Positions 1 to 11,559 of a stretch of 64,000 bases of DNA are shown here, one piece after another; position 1 is the first letter of the stretch, and every line of letters starts with the position of its first letter. The stretch spans positions 1,073 to 65,072 of the forward strand of contig NZ_DAINOE010000006.1 of assembly GCF_036735525.1 (NCBI RefSeq). The letters run 5' to 3'. The DNA comes from Arsukibacterium sp. GTDB taxonomy: Bacteria > Pseudomonadota > Gammaproteobacteria > Enterobacterales > Alteromonadaceae. The notes below the pieces were generated by a model, which worked only from the letters and a program-made list of their open reading frames with translations, did no database searches and was not told the DNA's origin. A program made the position numbers and the translations under genes.

Positions 1-102
1 CAGTTGATTGCCAGTGGTAAACACAGCGAGTTGATGCAAAGCTGCCCACTGTACCGGCAACTGGCCGAGCTGCAATTTTTAACGGCAGAGACACCCCAGT
101 AA
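1..102 (+). CDS. 3' end of an ABC-transporter-like gene (partial, C-terminal 33 aa)
   Basis: Frame 1 reads QLIASGKHSELMQSCPLYRQLAELQFLTAETPQ*. The G-x-H-x-EL...Y..L tail is typical of ABC exporter ATPase C-termini. The gene is truncated by the window edge. Confidence 0.4.
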   Translation, partial: QLIASGKHSELMQSCPLYRQLAELQFLTAETPQ

Positions 103-105
103 AGC

Positions 106-792
106 CTAGGGTAAATCAAACACTAACGCATCGACTTCTTCGTTGGCGGTCAGCTGTAGCAGCGCCTGCTGGCTCAGCATTACCGCATCACCGGCTTGCA
201 GTGTTACGCCCTCTAGTTGCAGTTGCCCGCTTATCAGATGCAGATACAGGTTTTTACCGGTCAGCGCATAGCTTAAGGGTTGGCCAGCTGCCAGGGCCAG
301 CCGGTACAGCAGGGCTTGCTGCTTAAGTTGCATACTGTGGTCACGGCCATCCGGTGATGCGATTAAGGTTAAACCCTGAGTTTGCGCAAATGCCTGCTGC
401 TGATAGCCAGGCTTACCGCCGAAGCTCTCTGGCTGGATCCAGATCTGTAAAAAGCGGAGTGGCTCACTTGCGCTGGCATTAAATTCTGAGTGATAAATAC
501 CGCTACCCGCGCTCATCAGCTGAAACTCGCCGGCAGGCAATACTTTTTGATTGCCGGCAGAGTCCTGATGGACAATTGCGCCTTGCAGTACCAGGGTAAT
601 GATTTCCATATCACGGTGGCCATGGGTATCAAAGCCTGCGCCAGCTGCTACCCAGTCATCGTTGATGACCCTTAAGGCCGAAAATCCCATATGTTTAGCA
701 TCGTAATAACGGCCAAATGAAAAACTATGGCGGCTTTTTAGCCAGCCAAAATCAGCTTGTCCGCGCGCATCAGCGTTACGAAGGGTTAGCAT
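106..792 (-). CDS. pirin family protein (YhhW-like quercetin 2,3-dioxygenase fold)
   Basis: 228-aa ORF with the pirin N-terminal signature (HGHRDMEIITLVLQG, SAGSGIYHSE). AGGAG lies upstream of the ATG. Confidence 0.9.
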   Translation of the reverse strand: MLTLRNADARGQADFGWLKSRHSFSFGRYYDAKHMGFSALRVINDDWVAAGAGFDTHGHRDMEIITLVLQGAIVHQDSAGNQKVLPAGEFQLMSAGSGIYHSEFNASASEPLRFLQIWIQPESFGGKPGYQQQAFAQTQGLTLIASPDGRDHSMQLKQQALLYRLALAAGQPLSYALTGKNLYLHLISGQLQLEGVTLQAGDAVMLSQQALLQLTANEEVDALVFDLP

Positions 793-868
793 GGTATCTC
801 CTAAAGTAAAAGCTGAAGCTGCAGGCTTGCCTGCAGCAACATGAGGTTAAGGTGCATAGTGGGGTTAA

Positions 869-1312
869 TCAGTTCAGTTTCGCGGCTACCAGCCGGTCTA
901 CGGAGGCGTTGCCAGCACCACTGAACAACAGTGAGACACTGGCAGCCAGTAAGGCTAAGCCAAATTCATAACCGTTGTTACTGATAAATAAGCCATAAGG
1001 CAAATGTACTGCTATTATTGCCACCAGCATGGCGACGGCCAGTGCCGCTGCTGCCGGGCGGGTGAGCAAGCCGATAATCAGCGCCAGACCGCCAAAAAAC
1101 TCAGCTGCGCCTGCTAACAATGCCATCAGTAAACCCGGAGATAAACCGATGCTATCCATCCAGCCGGCAGTGCCGCTCAGGCCATAACCACCAAACCAGC
1201 CAAAAAGTTTTTGCGCACCATGAGCCGCAAAAATAATACCAACTGGAACCCGTAAAACCAGTGCAGACCAGCCTGCTGTGCTGTGTGTCAGAGTATGTAT
1301 AAGCTTTTTCAT
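869..1312 (-). CDS. DoxX family membrane protein
   Basis: Four hydrophobic segments and the DoxX-like motif HGAQKLFGWFGGYG. The ORF track starts at a TTG (1327). The ATG at 1312 has a GGTGA RBS and is preferred. Confidence 0.85.
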   Translation of the reverse strand: MKKLIHTLTHSTAGWSALVLRVPVGIIFAAHGAQKLFGWFGGYGLSGTAGWMDSIGLSPGLLMALLAGAAEFFGGLALIIGLLTRPAAAALAVAMLVAIIAVHLPYGLFISNNGYEFGLALLAASVSLLFSGAGNASVDRLVAAKLN

Positions 1313-1441
1313 AATGTCACCTTTCAAAATATTTTAAGTAAATTTAAATGTTGGTTGGGGTTTCGACCGCAAACAACCTGTCGATGACGCTAAGATAACG
1401 CTATAGATTAAAAGTTAATAGCGGAGCTTTTTGCATCAGCT

Positions 1442-1458
1442 GTTCAAAAATTTTGAAC
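1442..1458. promoter_or_regulatory. perfect 17-bp palindrome GTTCAAAAATTTTGAAC (T-N11-A type), candidate LysR operator in the doxX/lysR divergent region
   Basis: Read directly from the sequence. It lies 57 nt upstream of the LysR start and fits the LysR T-N11-A architecture. Confidence 0.35.
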
Positions 1459-1514
1459 TTAGTATAGACTTATCGCTTGGGCTGTCAGCGGATGAATGAC
1501 ATAAGGAGAACCTG

Positions 1515-2432
1515 ATGCAGTCGTTACTTAACCTGGAGGCGCTACGAGCCCTCGATGCGATTGAGCGTAAAGGCAGCTTCGCCGCCGCAGCTGATGCCTT
1601 GTATAAGGTGCCTTCGGCGTTGAGCTATACCATGGCGCAATTAGAGCAGAGCCTGGGCGTAAGCCTGTTTGACCGCAGCAAACAAAAAGCCCGGCTCACA
1701 CCGGCTGGTCAGTTGTTATTACAACAAGGGCGAGAGTTATTAAAAGCGGCTGATCAGTTACAAAAGGCAGTGCAACAACTGGATAGCGGCTGGGAGAGCA
1801 CTCTGACGCTGGCATTGGATAGCGTGGTGCCTGCTGAGCCGGTATTTCAGTTAATCAGCCAGTTTTTGCAGTTGGGTAAACTGACACAGCTGCAACTACG
1901 AGAAGAAGTGATGGCGGGAGGATGGGAAGCACTGAATACAGGCCAGGCCGATCTGGCTATTGGCGTGCCCGCCAGTTTACATAAGGGACCTTATCACTTT
2001 CAGTTAATGGGTGAAGTTGAATTTGTGTTTGCGGTATCACCACATCACCGGCTGGCCGCGCTGGACAAAGTCATTACGCTGGACGATGTGCAGCAGGAAA
2101 CCGCGATAGTGGTGGCCGATACCGCTATTGACAGTCAAAAACTGTCCAGCGGTCTGTTTGATAGCCGGCAAAAAGTGATAGTGGCTAATCTGGCACAAAA
2201 AATTACCGCACAAAAACAGGGATTGGGGGTAGGGTTTTTACCGCGCCATCTGGTGCAACAGCAATTGGCACGAGGCGAGTTGATTGCTAAACGCCATTTA
2301 ATTCCGCGCGAGCCAGCTAAATTGTACCTGGCCTGGCATAAGCAGCAGCAAGGTAAGGCGTTACAATGGTTTTGTCAGCAATTGGCCGCCTATCCCTGGC
2401 CCGAAATATTTAAGCTTGAATATGAAATTTAA
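1515..2432 (+). CDS. LysR family transcriptional regulator
   Basis: N-terminal HTH (FAAAADALYKVPSALSYTMAQLEQSLGVSLFDR) followed by a LysR substrate-binding domain. It is divergent from doxX-pirin. Confidence 0.9.
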   Translation: MQSLLNLEALRALDAIERKGSFAAAADALYKVPSALSYTMAQLEQSLGVSLFDRSKQKARLTPAGQLLLQQGRELLKAADQLQKAVQQLDSGWESTLTLALDSVVPAEPVFQLISQFLQLGKLTQLQLREEVMAGGWEALNTGQADLAIGVPASLHKGPYHFQLMGEVEFVFAVSPHHRLAALDKVITLDDVQQETAIVVADTAIDSQKLSSGLFDSRQKVIVANLAQKITAQKQGLGVGFLPRHLVQQQLARGELIAKRHLIPREPAKLYLAWHKQQQGKALQWFCQQLAAYPWPEIFKLEYEI

Positions 2433-2480
2433 TCCTGAAAAATGTTTTTAATCCTGAATAAGGTATTTTACTAATAAAAA

Positions 2481-2498
2481 CGGCCGCAATAGCGGCCG
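2481..2498. terminator. intrinsic terminator hairpin CGGCCGC-AATA-GCGGCCG, best oriented for katG
   Basis: 7-bp GC stem flanked by AAAAA on the plus strand, which gives a U-tract on the minus strand. It sits between the convergent lysR and katG genes. Confidence 0.6.
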
Positions 2499-2533
2499 TG
2501 GTATTAATGACACTGATTACGCTGTTGTCGGTG

Positions 2534-4744
<2,211 letters not shown>

Positions 4745-4995
4745 TCATTAGTCACTCCAGTATTAAATGGTCAGAGAAAAATAAGTAGAAAAAATGTAGC
4801 TACTTATCGAACTTGCTAATGACTATAGACCTGAAGTATGGCGAAAGAAAGACAGTAAAAGCTATCGTCTTAATCGCTATTTGTGATTAGGATGGATATG
4901 TTAATCAATAACTAATTGGTATGGGGCAGCAAGCTTTTTCTGCTAAGCTTGTATTATTAGTCGCTACAAAGTATACATTTACCTCTGGAGAATTG

Positions 4996-5751
4996 ATGAG
5001 AGTATCTCAAGCCATGCTGTTTGGGCCCTTACTTTTGCTATCCAGTTTTTGTCTTGTTGCAAGCCAGGCTTCCCCTTTGCGCATGGCGATGGCCGATTAT
5101 CCACCGTTTTCTTATTATGCCGAAGGCGGCTATCAGGGCGAAGCATATGAAGCTTTTATTGCATTGATGGCAGAGTTAGAGCACCCTTATACTATCAGGT
5201 TGGTGCCGAATTTTGGCCGGGCGCTGAATGATTTACAGCAAGATAGCATTGATGGTTTTTTTCTGGCCAGCGAAAGTGCAGAGCGTAATCAGCTGGCGGT
5301 ATTTTCTGAGCCGGTATTAACCACAGTATGGAGCTGGGTTTGGCTGTGCGATCGCGCTGATCTTGATCCGGCCACCGCGGCATTTAAACAGCAAGCCCGT
5401 ATCGCGGCGCAAACCAACAGCAATATTTACCGCTGGTTGCAACAGCAGGGCTATCAAACGCTGTCAGGCACACAGGATATTCGCGGCCTTTTTGCGTTGC
5501 TCGATCATCATCGGGTGGATGCAGTGATGATGCCCCAGGATACCGCTGAATTATTAATAAGCCAGCAACAACATCAGCAGCCCCGATACCGATTGCTGAT
5601 GCAACAACAACAGCCATTCGGCATTTATCTTGATAAAAATTTTGTCGCTAAATATCCGGATTTTATGCCAAGGCTGAATCAAGCTATCAAACAATGGCGT
5701 GCAGAACATTTAACATACCCAACTAAGCCAGCCCAAACGAAATGTTTGTAA
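4996..5751 (+). CDS. periplasmic solute-binding-protein family 3-like protein (orphan, no ABC partners nearby)
   Basis: The ATG at 4996 has a GGAGA RBS and gives a signal peptide (MRVSQAMLFGPLLLLSSFCLVASQA). An SBP_bac_3-like core follows (YPPFSYY..., IDGFFLASES). Confidence 0.7.
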   Translation: MRVSQAMLFGPLLLLSSFCLVASQASPLRMAMADYPPFSYYAEGGYQGEAYEAFIALMAELEHPYTIRLVPNFGRALNDLQQDSIDGFFLASESAERNQLAVFSEPVLTTVWSWVWLCDRADLDPATAAFKQQARIAAQTNSNIYRWLQQQGYQTLSGTQDIRGLFALLDHHRVDAVMMPQDTAELLISQQQHQQPRYRLLMQQQQPFGIYLDKNFVAKYPDFMPRLNQAIKQWRAEHLTYPTKPAQTKCL

Positions 5752-5791
5752 AAATACGCCTGATTAAGGTTATTGCCCGCTGGGGTAATCA

Positions 5792-6379
5792 ATGAATTAT
5801 CTTGCCCATGCGGCCTTAGCACAGCCTAATCAGCACTCGCTGGTGGGAAATTTATTGGGCGATTTTTGTAAAGGGGTTTGTGTCGATGCCTTGCACCCGG
5901 CAATAAAGTCCGGCCTGCACAATCATAGAGCAACAGATCGTTACACCGACACTCACCCGCTGATCGTTAGCCAAAAAGTGCTGTTTAGCCCGCAGCGACG
6001 TCGCTTTGCTGCGGTGGCCATGGATGTGTTATTTGATCACTTTTTAATTCATCACTGGCAGCAGTTTTATCCGCAACCTTTTGAGCATTACAAAGCGCAA
6101 TTGTATGCGGAACTGACTGAGGCGGCACCTTTAATGCCAAATGCAATGCGAAAAACCATGCTGCGCGTCTGCCAGCAAGATTGGTTTACCAGTTATCAGC
6201 AGTTACCCATGCTGGGGTTGGCGTTAGACCATATTGCGCAAAGAGTGCGTTTTAGTAATCAATTTAGTGGCATTATCGACGAAATTAGCCCACGTTATGC
6301 CCAATTAGAGCAGTGTTTCTTGCAGTTTTACCCACAGCTGCAGCAGCATTTGCAACAGCTGGGGCTGGAAACGGCTTAG
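5792..6379 (+). CDS. acpH: acyl carrier protein phosphodiesterase
   Basis: 195 aa. The N-terminus MNYLAHAALA...LVGNLLGDFCKG is characteristic of AcpH. Confidence 0.85.
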   Translation: MNYLAHAALAQPNQHSLVGNLLGDFCKGVCVDALHPAIKSGLHNHRATDRYTDTHPLIVSQKVLFSPQRRRFAAVAMDVLFDHFLIHHWQQFYPQPFEHYKAQLYAELTEAAPLMPNAMRKTMLRVCQQDWFTSYQQLPMLGLALDHIAQRVRFSNQFSGIIDEISPRYAQLEQCFLQFYPQLQQHLQQLGLETA

Positions 6380-7353
6380 CCTGCTGCGCGCAAGTGTGGC
6401 CTTAAATAATCGATGTCAGGGCCTTTAGGCACCACCTGGCTGGGGTTAATCATGGTATGGCTAAAATAATAATGGCGCTTGATATGGTAAAAATCTACTG
6501 TGTCTGCGACACCCGGCCACTGGTATAGCTCGCGGGTAAAGCCTGCCAGGTTGGGGTAGTCTTCCAGTCGTTGCTTGTTGCACTTAAAGTGGCCGTGATA
6601 CACCGCATCAAAGCGAATAAGGGTGGTAAATAAGCGCCAGTCTGCTTCAGTCAGGTGTTCACCGGTTAAATACCGTTGTTTCGCCAGCAGGGCTTCTACT
6701 TTACTCAGTGCACTAAATAAGTGTTGGTAGGCTTTTTCATAGGCGCTCTGGCTGGTGGCAAAACCACAGAGGTAAACGCCATTATTAATATTGTGGTACA
6801 CCAATTCGTTAATCTCATCGATGTCTGTTTGTAATGTGCTGGGGTAGTAATCTGCCGTGTTGCCGGTGAGATGGTTAAACGCGGTGTTAAACATGCGGAT
6901 AATATCGGCCGATTCATTACTGACAATACAGTGTTGCTGCTTATCCCAGAGCAAAGGCACCGTCACGCGACCACTGTAGTCGGCCTGATGTCGGGTATAT
7001 AGCTGATGTAGGTAGCGAGAATTAAATAAATGATCGCCACTGCTATGATTGTCCTTAGCAAATTCCCAGCCGTTTTCAAGCATATCGGGGCTAACCACGG
7101 ACACGCTGATGTAGTCGGTAAGCTGTTTTAACTGTAAAAAAATTAAGGTGCGGTGAGCCCAGGGGCAAGCCAGCGATACATATAAATGGTAGCGGCCCGC
7201 TTCGGCTTTAAAGCCCGCCTTGCCGCTAGGTCCGGCGGCACCATCTGCCGTGATCCAGTTACGCAGCTGTGCGTTTTCACGCTTAAATTCACCGTCAGTG
7301 CTGTCGGTGTCGTACCATTTATCCTGCCAGTTGCCTTTTACTAATAAACCCAT
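6376..7353 (-). CDS. yqjG: glutathionyl-hydroquinone reductase (Xi-class GST, YqjG-like)
   Basis: 325 aa with RYHLYVSLACPWAHR (the CPWA active-site motif) and a GST C-terminal domain. Confidence 0.9.
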   Translation of the reverse strand: MGLLVKGNWQDKWYDTDSTDGEFKRENAQLRNWITADGAAGPSGKAGFKAEAGRYHLYVSLACPWAHRTLIFLQLKQLTDYISVSVVSPDMLENGWEFAKDNHSSGDHLFNSRYLHQLYTRHQADYSGRVTVPLLWDKQQHCIVSNESADIIRMFNTAFNHLTGNTADYYPSTLQTDIDEINELVYHNINNGVYLCGFATSQSAYEKAYQHLFSALSKVEALLAKQRYLTGEHLTEADWRLFTTLIRFDAVYHGHFKCNKQRLEDYPNLAGFTRELYQWPGVADTVDFYHIKRHYYFSHTMINPSQVVPKGPDIDYLRPHLRAAG

Positions 7354-7556
7354 TGCAGACTCCTTAAACCGTTATGCCAGTGACGCGCACTGGATTAAGA
7401 TAGGCTCACTCTAGCTAAATTCAGTCGCTACGGATATCGGATAATACCGGCAGGTTTATTCTATTATTTAGAAGATGCTGCTTTTTCGACACAATAATGC
7501 GCTTGCTGTGAGCCTGTGATAGGCTTTAGCCGTGACTATTTTGTTCAGGACGAGTT

Positions 7557-8843
7557 ATGCCAGAGTACGCCATTCAGCCGACGCTAAGATTTTTCAGTGT
7601 TTGTGCTATACCCTTATTGTTATCATTCTCGCTGCCGTTAAAAGCGGCGCTAGGTTGGCATGGGCCTGAACCTTTTCGGCTGGCACAATTTGATGAGCGT
7701 GAATTTGATTTTAATCTGGAAAGCTTTTTACAGCGTTTGAGTTTTAGCCCCTCACCCCTGCAATCGTTCACCCCCTTATGGCAACAGGATGGCTGGTATG
7801 GCAGCGGCGGCAGTACCCGCAGTCGCGAGTTTTATGTGCATTCGATGTTTCAGAAAAAAATAGCCTTTGATATGCCGGGCTTTGCCGGCGTCAGAGTCAG
7901 CCGTAATGAAGATCTGGATGGCCGTTATGATCGCCAGCTTATCGGCGCCGGCTATTACAGTGAAAAAACCGATACCGAATACAGCCTGTGGGGCGATGTC
8001 ACGGGAGCTAAAGATCAGTTGGAATTGCAATTTGAACTAAAACAGTACTTTGCTAATGGCAGCTGGCTGAGCTCAGCGTTGATATTGACCGATGCGTTTT
8101 ATAACAGCAAAACCTACACCGACAACCGTTATGAAACGGCTCCCGTTACCTGGTATCTGGCCGGTGGCTGGCAATTGGCGCAGCATCAGTTCTATGGTTT
8201 TAGCAATATTAATTTTAACACTGAGTTTGTGGTCGCTGAGTCTGAGCAACGTCTGCGTGCTAAGCAATACAGTGCGGGGCTGGGCTGGAACTGGCAGCTT
8301 AACAGTGCTTTGCAATTTACCTTGCAAGGCCATGGCCGGTATAGTCAGCGGCTGCAGCAAAATTTACTGCATAACGCTGATGATTCAACGCGGCAACGGC
8401 ATTATTTTGAACTAACTGCGCAGTGGCAGCACTTTGCCCATGGTGCCACTGGTGCCAATGGTGCCAGTGGGGACAGTCAGGCACAGTTTTGGTATGGCCT
8501 GCATGCGCTTAGTTTAAATGAACGCGATAGCCGCTTTGCTATGGGGGCAGAGCACTCTGCCTACCGGCGTGAGCTCTATGCCTTTGCTGGTATGCACTGG
8601 CAATTTACTAACCGCTTAAGCTTAGGTCCGGTGCTATACCTTGGCTATGCTAAAGCGCGGCATGAACTACCGGTATTTAGTGACACTGCCCTGAACGATA
8701 GCGGCCTATTGGCGAAAATAAGCCCAAATCTGACGCTGTTGTTATCAGAAAAAACCGGTGCCAGACTGGTACTAAACCCCAGTATTAAATTACATCAATT
8801 GCAATTTGGCGGCGGTAATGTGCAATTGCACATTCCATTTTGA
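7557..8843 (+). CDS. hypothetical outer-membrane beta-barrel protein
   Basis: Has an N-terminal signal-like segment, alternating amphipathic strands rich in Y/W/G, and a terminal ...LHIPF (C-terminal Phe, typical of OMPs). I recognise no specific family. Confidence 0.55.
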   Translation: MPEYAIQPTLRFFSVCAIPLLLSFSLPLKAALGWHGPEPFRLAQFDEREFDFNLESFLQRLSFSPSPLQSFTPLWQQDGWYGSGGSTRSREFYVHSMFQKKIAFDMPGFAGVRVSRNEDLDGRYDRQLIGAGYYSEKTDTEYSLWGDVTGAKDQLELQFELKQYFANGSWLSSALILTDAFYNSKTYTDNRYETAPVTWYLAGGWQLAQHQFYGFSNINFNTEFVVAESEQRLRAKQYSAGLGWNWQLNSALQFTLQGHGRYSQRLQQNLLHNADDSTRQRHYFELTAQWQHFAHGATGANGASGDSQAQFWYGLHALSLNERDSRFAMGAEHSAYRRELYAFAGMHWQFTNRLSLGPVLYLGYAKARHELPVFSDTALNDSGLLAKISPNLTLLLSEKTGARLVLNPSIKLHQLQFGGGNVQLHIPF

Positions 8844-8935
8844 TTGCTGCGAATACTGGCAGAGGCTGGTTAATTCAGGCTTTGCCTTCTGTTATAGTGC
8901 TACGCAAGCTAAGCAATCAAGTTAAGGTACCAACT

Positions 8936-9556
8936 ATGCAAATCATCAGGCGATTATTGCCAATAACGTCGCTCCTGGCGGCAGTGTATACGGGCACCCT
9001 TACTGCAGCGGTGCCCGTTGCTGCCACAGCACAGGCGCCATCGCCACATCAGGCTTTTTTTAAGCAACTGGCAAGCCATTGTGGTCAGGCATTTGCCGGC
9101 AGCCTGACACTGGAGCCACCCGGAGATGACATGCTCACCGGCACTGAGCAATTAATAGTCCATGTGCGCCACTGCACTGCTACGCAATTAAAACTGGCCT
9201 TTCATATTGAACTGGAGCAGAGCCAGGACTGGGATAGATCCCGCACCTGGATTTTTACGCTGCATGATGAGCAGTTGGAGCTTAGGCACGATCATCGCAA
9301 AGCGGATGGCCTGCCGGATAGCACCACTATGTATGGCGGCTTTTCTGTGGGGCCAGGCACGGCCACCAGCCAGTTATTTCAATCGACAGAGCGGACTGAA
9401 CAAAGCGGCTATTTTCGTGGCTGGCGGGTAGAAGTTGAACCCGGCGTACGTTACACCTATGGCACAGTGCGCCGCGATAACTGGAGCTGGCGTATTGATT
9501 TTGATTTAAGCCAGCCACTGGCAGAACTGCCGCCTGCGGCCTGGGGTCAGCAATAA
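8936..9556 (+). CDS. hypothetical secreted protein
   Basis: The ATG at 8936 gives the signal peptide MQIIRRLLPITSLLAAVYTGTLTAAVPVAATAQA. The longer track ORF (TTG at 8840) lacks a signal. No family recognised. Confidence 0.55.
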   Translation: MQIIRRLLPITSLLAAVYTGTLTAAVPVAATAQAPSPHQAFFKQLASHCGQAFAGSLTLEPPGDDMLTGTEQLIVHVRHCTATQLKLAFHIELEQSQDWDRSRTWIFTLHDEQLELRHDHRKADGLPDSTTMYGGFSVGPGTATSQLFQSTERTEQSGYFRGWRVEVEPGVRYTYGTVRRDNWSWRIDFDLSQPLAELPPAAWGQQ

Positions 9557-9602
9557 GGCTGTCACTTTGTCTCAAATGCGTGAGCTATATAGGAAATAAG
9601 CA

Positions 9603-10532
9603 ATGACAGTACATCACCTTTATCCGATCGGCACCCAGGGCCAAGCCTGGGGCGTCGATGAAAAAGCGCTCTGGCTCAGTGAGCAGCGTATACAACGGCA
9701 CTATGCCAAAGAAGTATTACCTGCGCTGCAACAACTGCCGGCAGCGCTTAAATTACAGCAATATGGCGAGCTCGATTACCGCATATTTGGCGCGGGCTGT
9801 TATCCGCTGTTTGCCGTGTTAAGCCAGCAGTGGCAAGCAGATCGGCCAACAGTGTTAATCACCGGCGGTGTGCATGGTTATGAAAGCAGTGGTGTGCATG
9901 GCGCCTTGCGCTTTATTAGCAGTAAGGCAGCGCAGTATGCCGGGCAGGTCAATGTGCTGGTGGCGCCCTGTATCAGCCCCTGGGGCTATGAAACTATTAA
10001 CCGCTGGACACCGCTGGCGGTGGATCCTAACCGCGCTTTTGTGGCCAATAGTCCGGCGCAGGAATCGGCATTGCTGATGCAATTTATTGCCAAAGCAGCC
10101 CCAGAGGTATTACTGCACATTGATTTACATGAAACCACCGACTCAGATAACAGCGAGTTTCGCCCGGCCAAAGCCGCCCGCGATGGCACGGTAAATACTA
10201 ACTGGAATATTCCGGATGGTTTTTATCTGGTGGGTGATAGCGCAAACCCGCAGCCGGCTTTTCAGCAGGCGATTATTAAGGCGGTGGCTAAGGTAACACA
10301 CATCGCGCCTGCTGATGAGCAGGGGCAACTGATCGGTGAAACCTTAGCCCAACCTGGCGTGGTCAATTACCCGAAAAAGGCGCTGGGTTTATGTGGCGGT
10401 ATGACTAAGGCGCGCTATGTCACTACCACTGAAGTGTACCCAGATAGCCAGCACACCAACGCTGAGCAGTGTATTGAGGCGCAAGTGACGGCGATTTGTG
10501 CGGCTGTGGATTTTGTAATAGCCAACGCCTAG
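9603..10532 (+). CDS. M14 family zinc metallopeptidase-like protein (carboxypeptidase/desuccinylase fold)
   Basis: HxxE zinc motif (GGVHGYESSG) and a distal His (IDLHETTD). No signal peptide. Confidence 0.7.
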   Translation: MTVHHLYPIGTQGQAWGVDEKALWLSEQRIQRHYAKEVLPALQQLPAALKLQQYGELDYRIFGAGCYPLFAVLSQQWQADRPTVLITGGVHGYESSGVHGALRFISSKAAQYAGQVNVLVAPCISPWGYETINRWTPLAVDPNRAFVANSPAQESALLMQFIAKAAPEVLLHIDLHETTDSDNSEFRPAKAARDGTVNTNWNIPDGFYLVGDSANPQPAFQQAIIKAVAKVTHIAPADEQGQLIGETLAQPGVVNYPKKALGLCGGMTKARYVTTTEVYPDSQHTNAEQCIEAQVTAICAAVDFVIANA

Positions 10533-10700
10533 CCGTTTGAGTAATTACAAAAGATTACGGTTTTTGACCGATTGTTAGTTAAAATAATGAACTACGAACA
10601 GCCGTAATTTATTTTATTTATATATTTCAGTTAGTTAAATTTTGGCCGGTTTTTTGCTTTTCCGATATGGACATCACTTAACAATAAAAGGAGCCTTAAC

Positions 10701-11363
10701 ATGAGATTATTTTCCAGCACCCCTATAGCGGCAGCATTGGTAGCAGCTTTACTGACAGTCAGTGCCGTGCCGGCCGTGGCCGGGCCTGCCGATATTAGTA
10801 AAGTCGTGGGTAATACTTCGGTTGCCGCCAATAGTCACAGTGGTGATATTTCCAATGTCAATGGCAGCATTCGTCTGCAACAACAGAGCCGGACCGGCAA
10901 ACTGACTACCGTTAATGGCAGTATCACGCTGGCACAACAGGTCAGTATTGAGCAGGCTGAGACAGTCAACGGCAGTATTCGCGGCGAGTCTCATTTACAG
11001 GTCGCGCGTGGGCTGAGTACTGTGAATGGCAGTATTAGCCTGAGTGAGCATAGCGACATCGGTGGCAATATCAGTACCGTTAATGGTGCTATTAACGTCG
11101 ATAACAGCCAGGTAAAGGGTGCTATCAGTACCTTAAATGGCAATATTAGCCTAACCGGCGACAGCCATATCGGCGGTGATATAGTGTTTAAAGCGAAGCA
11201 AAAACGTAAAAGCTGGTTTGGCCGCGATACATCCACGCCGCCAACGCTGACTATCGCTGCCGGAGTTAAGCTGGATGGCAAGATCATTCTGGATCAGGAA
11301 GTCACCTTGCAACTGGCTAACCCGGCGTTGCAACAACAAGTTGAGATCCGCTACGGTAAATGA
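10701..11363 (+). CDS. secreted repeat protein with about 7 copies of a ~20-aa (T/N)VNG(S/A/N)I unit (beta-helix-like)
   Basis: Signal peptide ...AVPAVAGP. The repeats NVNGSIRL, TVNGSITL, TVNGSIRG, TVNGSISL, TVNGAINV, TLNGNISL are read from the translation. Confidence 0.7.
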   Translation: MRLFSSTPIAAALVAALLTVSAVPAVAGPADISKVVGNTSVAANSHSGDISNVNGSIRLQQQSRTGKLTTVNGSITLAQQVSIEQAETVNGSIRGESHLQVARGLSTVNGSISLSEHSDIGGNISTVNGAINVDNSQVKGAISTLNGNISLTGDSHIGGDIVFKAKQKRKSWFGRDTSTPPTLTIAAGVKLDGKIILDQEVTLQLANPALQQQVEIRYGK

Positions 11364-11477
11364 TGTTGCCGCCATTGCTCAAAGCCCGCCAGGGTGTGAA
11401 CCGGTTTATCGGTATACCAAGCAGAGCGCTATAATGTCATTAGTCGCGTATGAAGTACCTGATTGCTTACTGCGCAC

Positions 11478-11507
11478 TTGCGTCGAACAGGCAAAGTAGT
11501 GTTAACT
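11478..11507 (+). promoter_or_regulatory. candidate sigma70 promoter (TTGCGT, 18-nt spacer, extended -10 TGTTAACT) for SBP-like paralog A
   Basis: The same TTGCGT-N13-TAGTGTTAACTGCTTGT arrangement recurs upstream of paralog B at the same spacing. Confidence 0.35.
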
Positions 11508-11559
11508 GCTTGTGGTGGTATGCAAGGTATTGCTACAAACTGGTTACAGAGGCCGGCTG

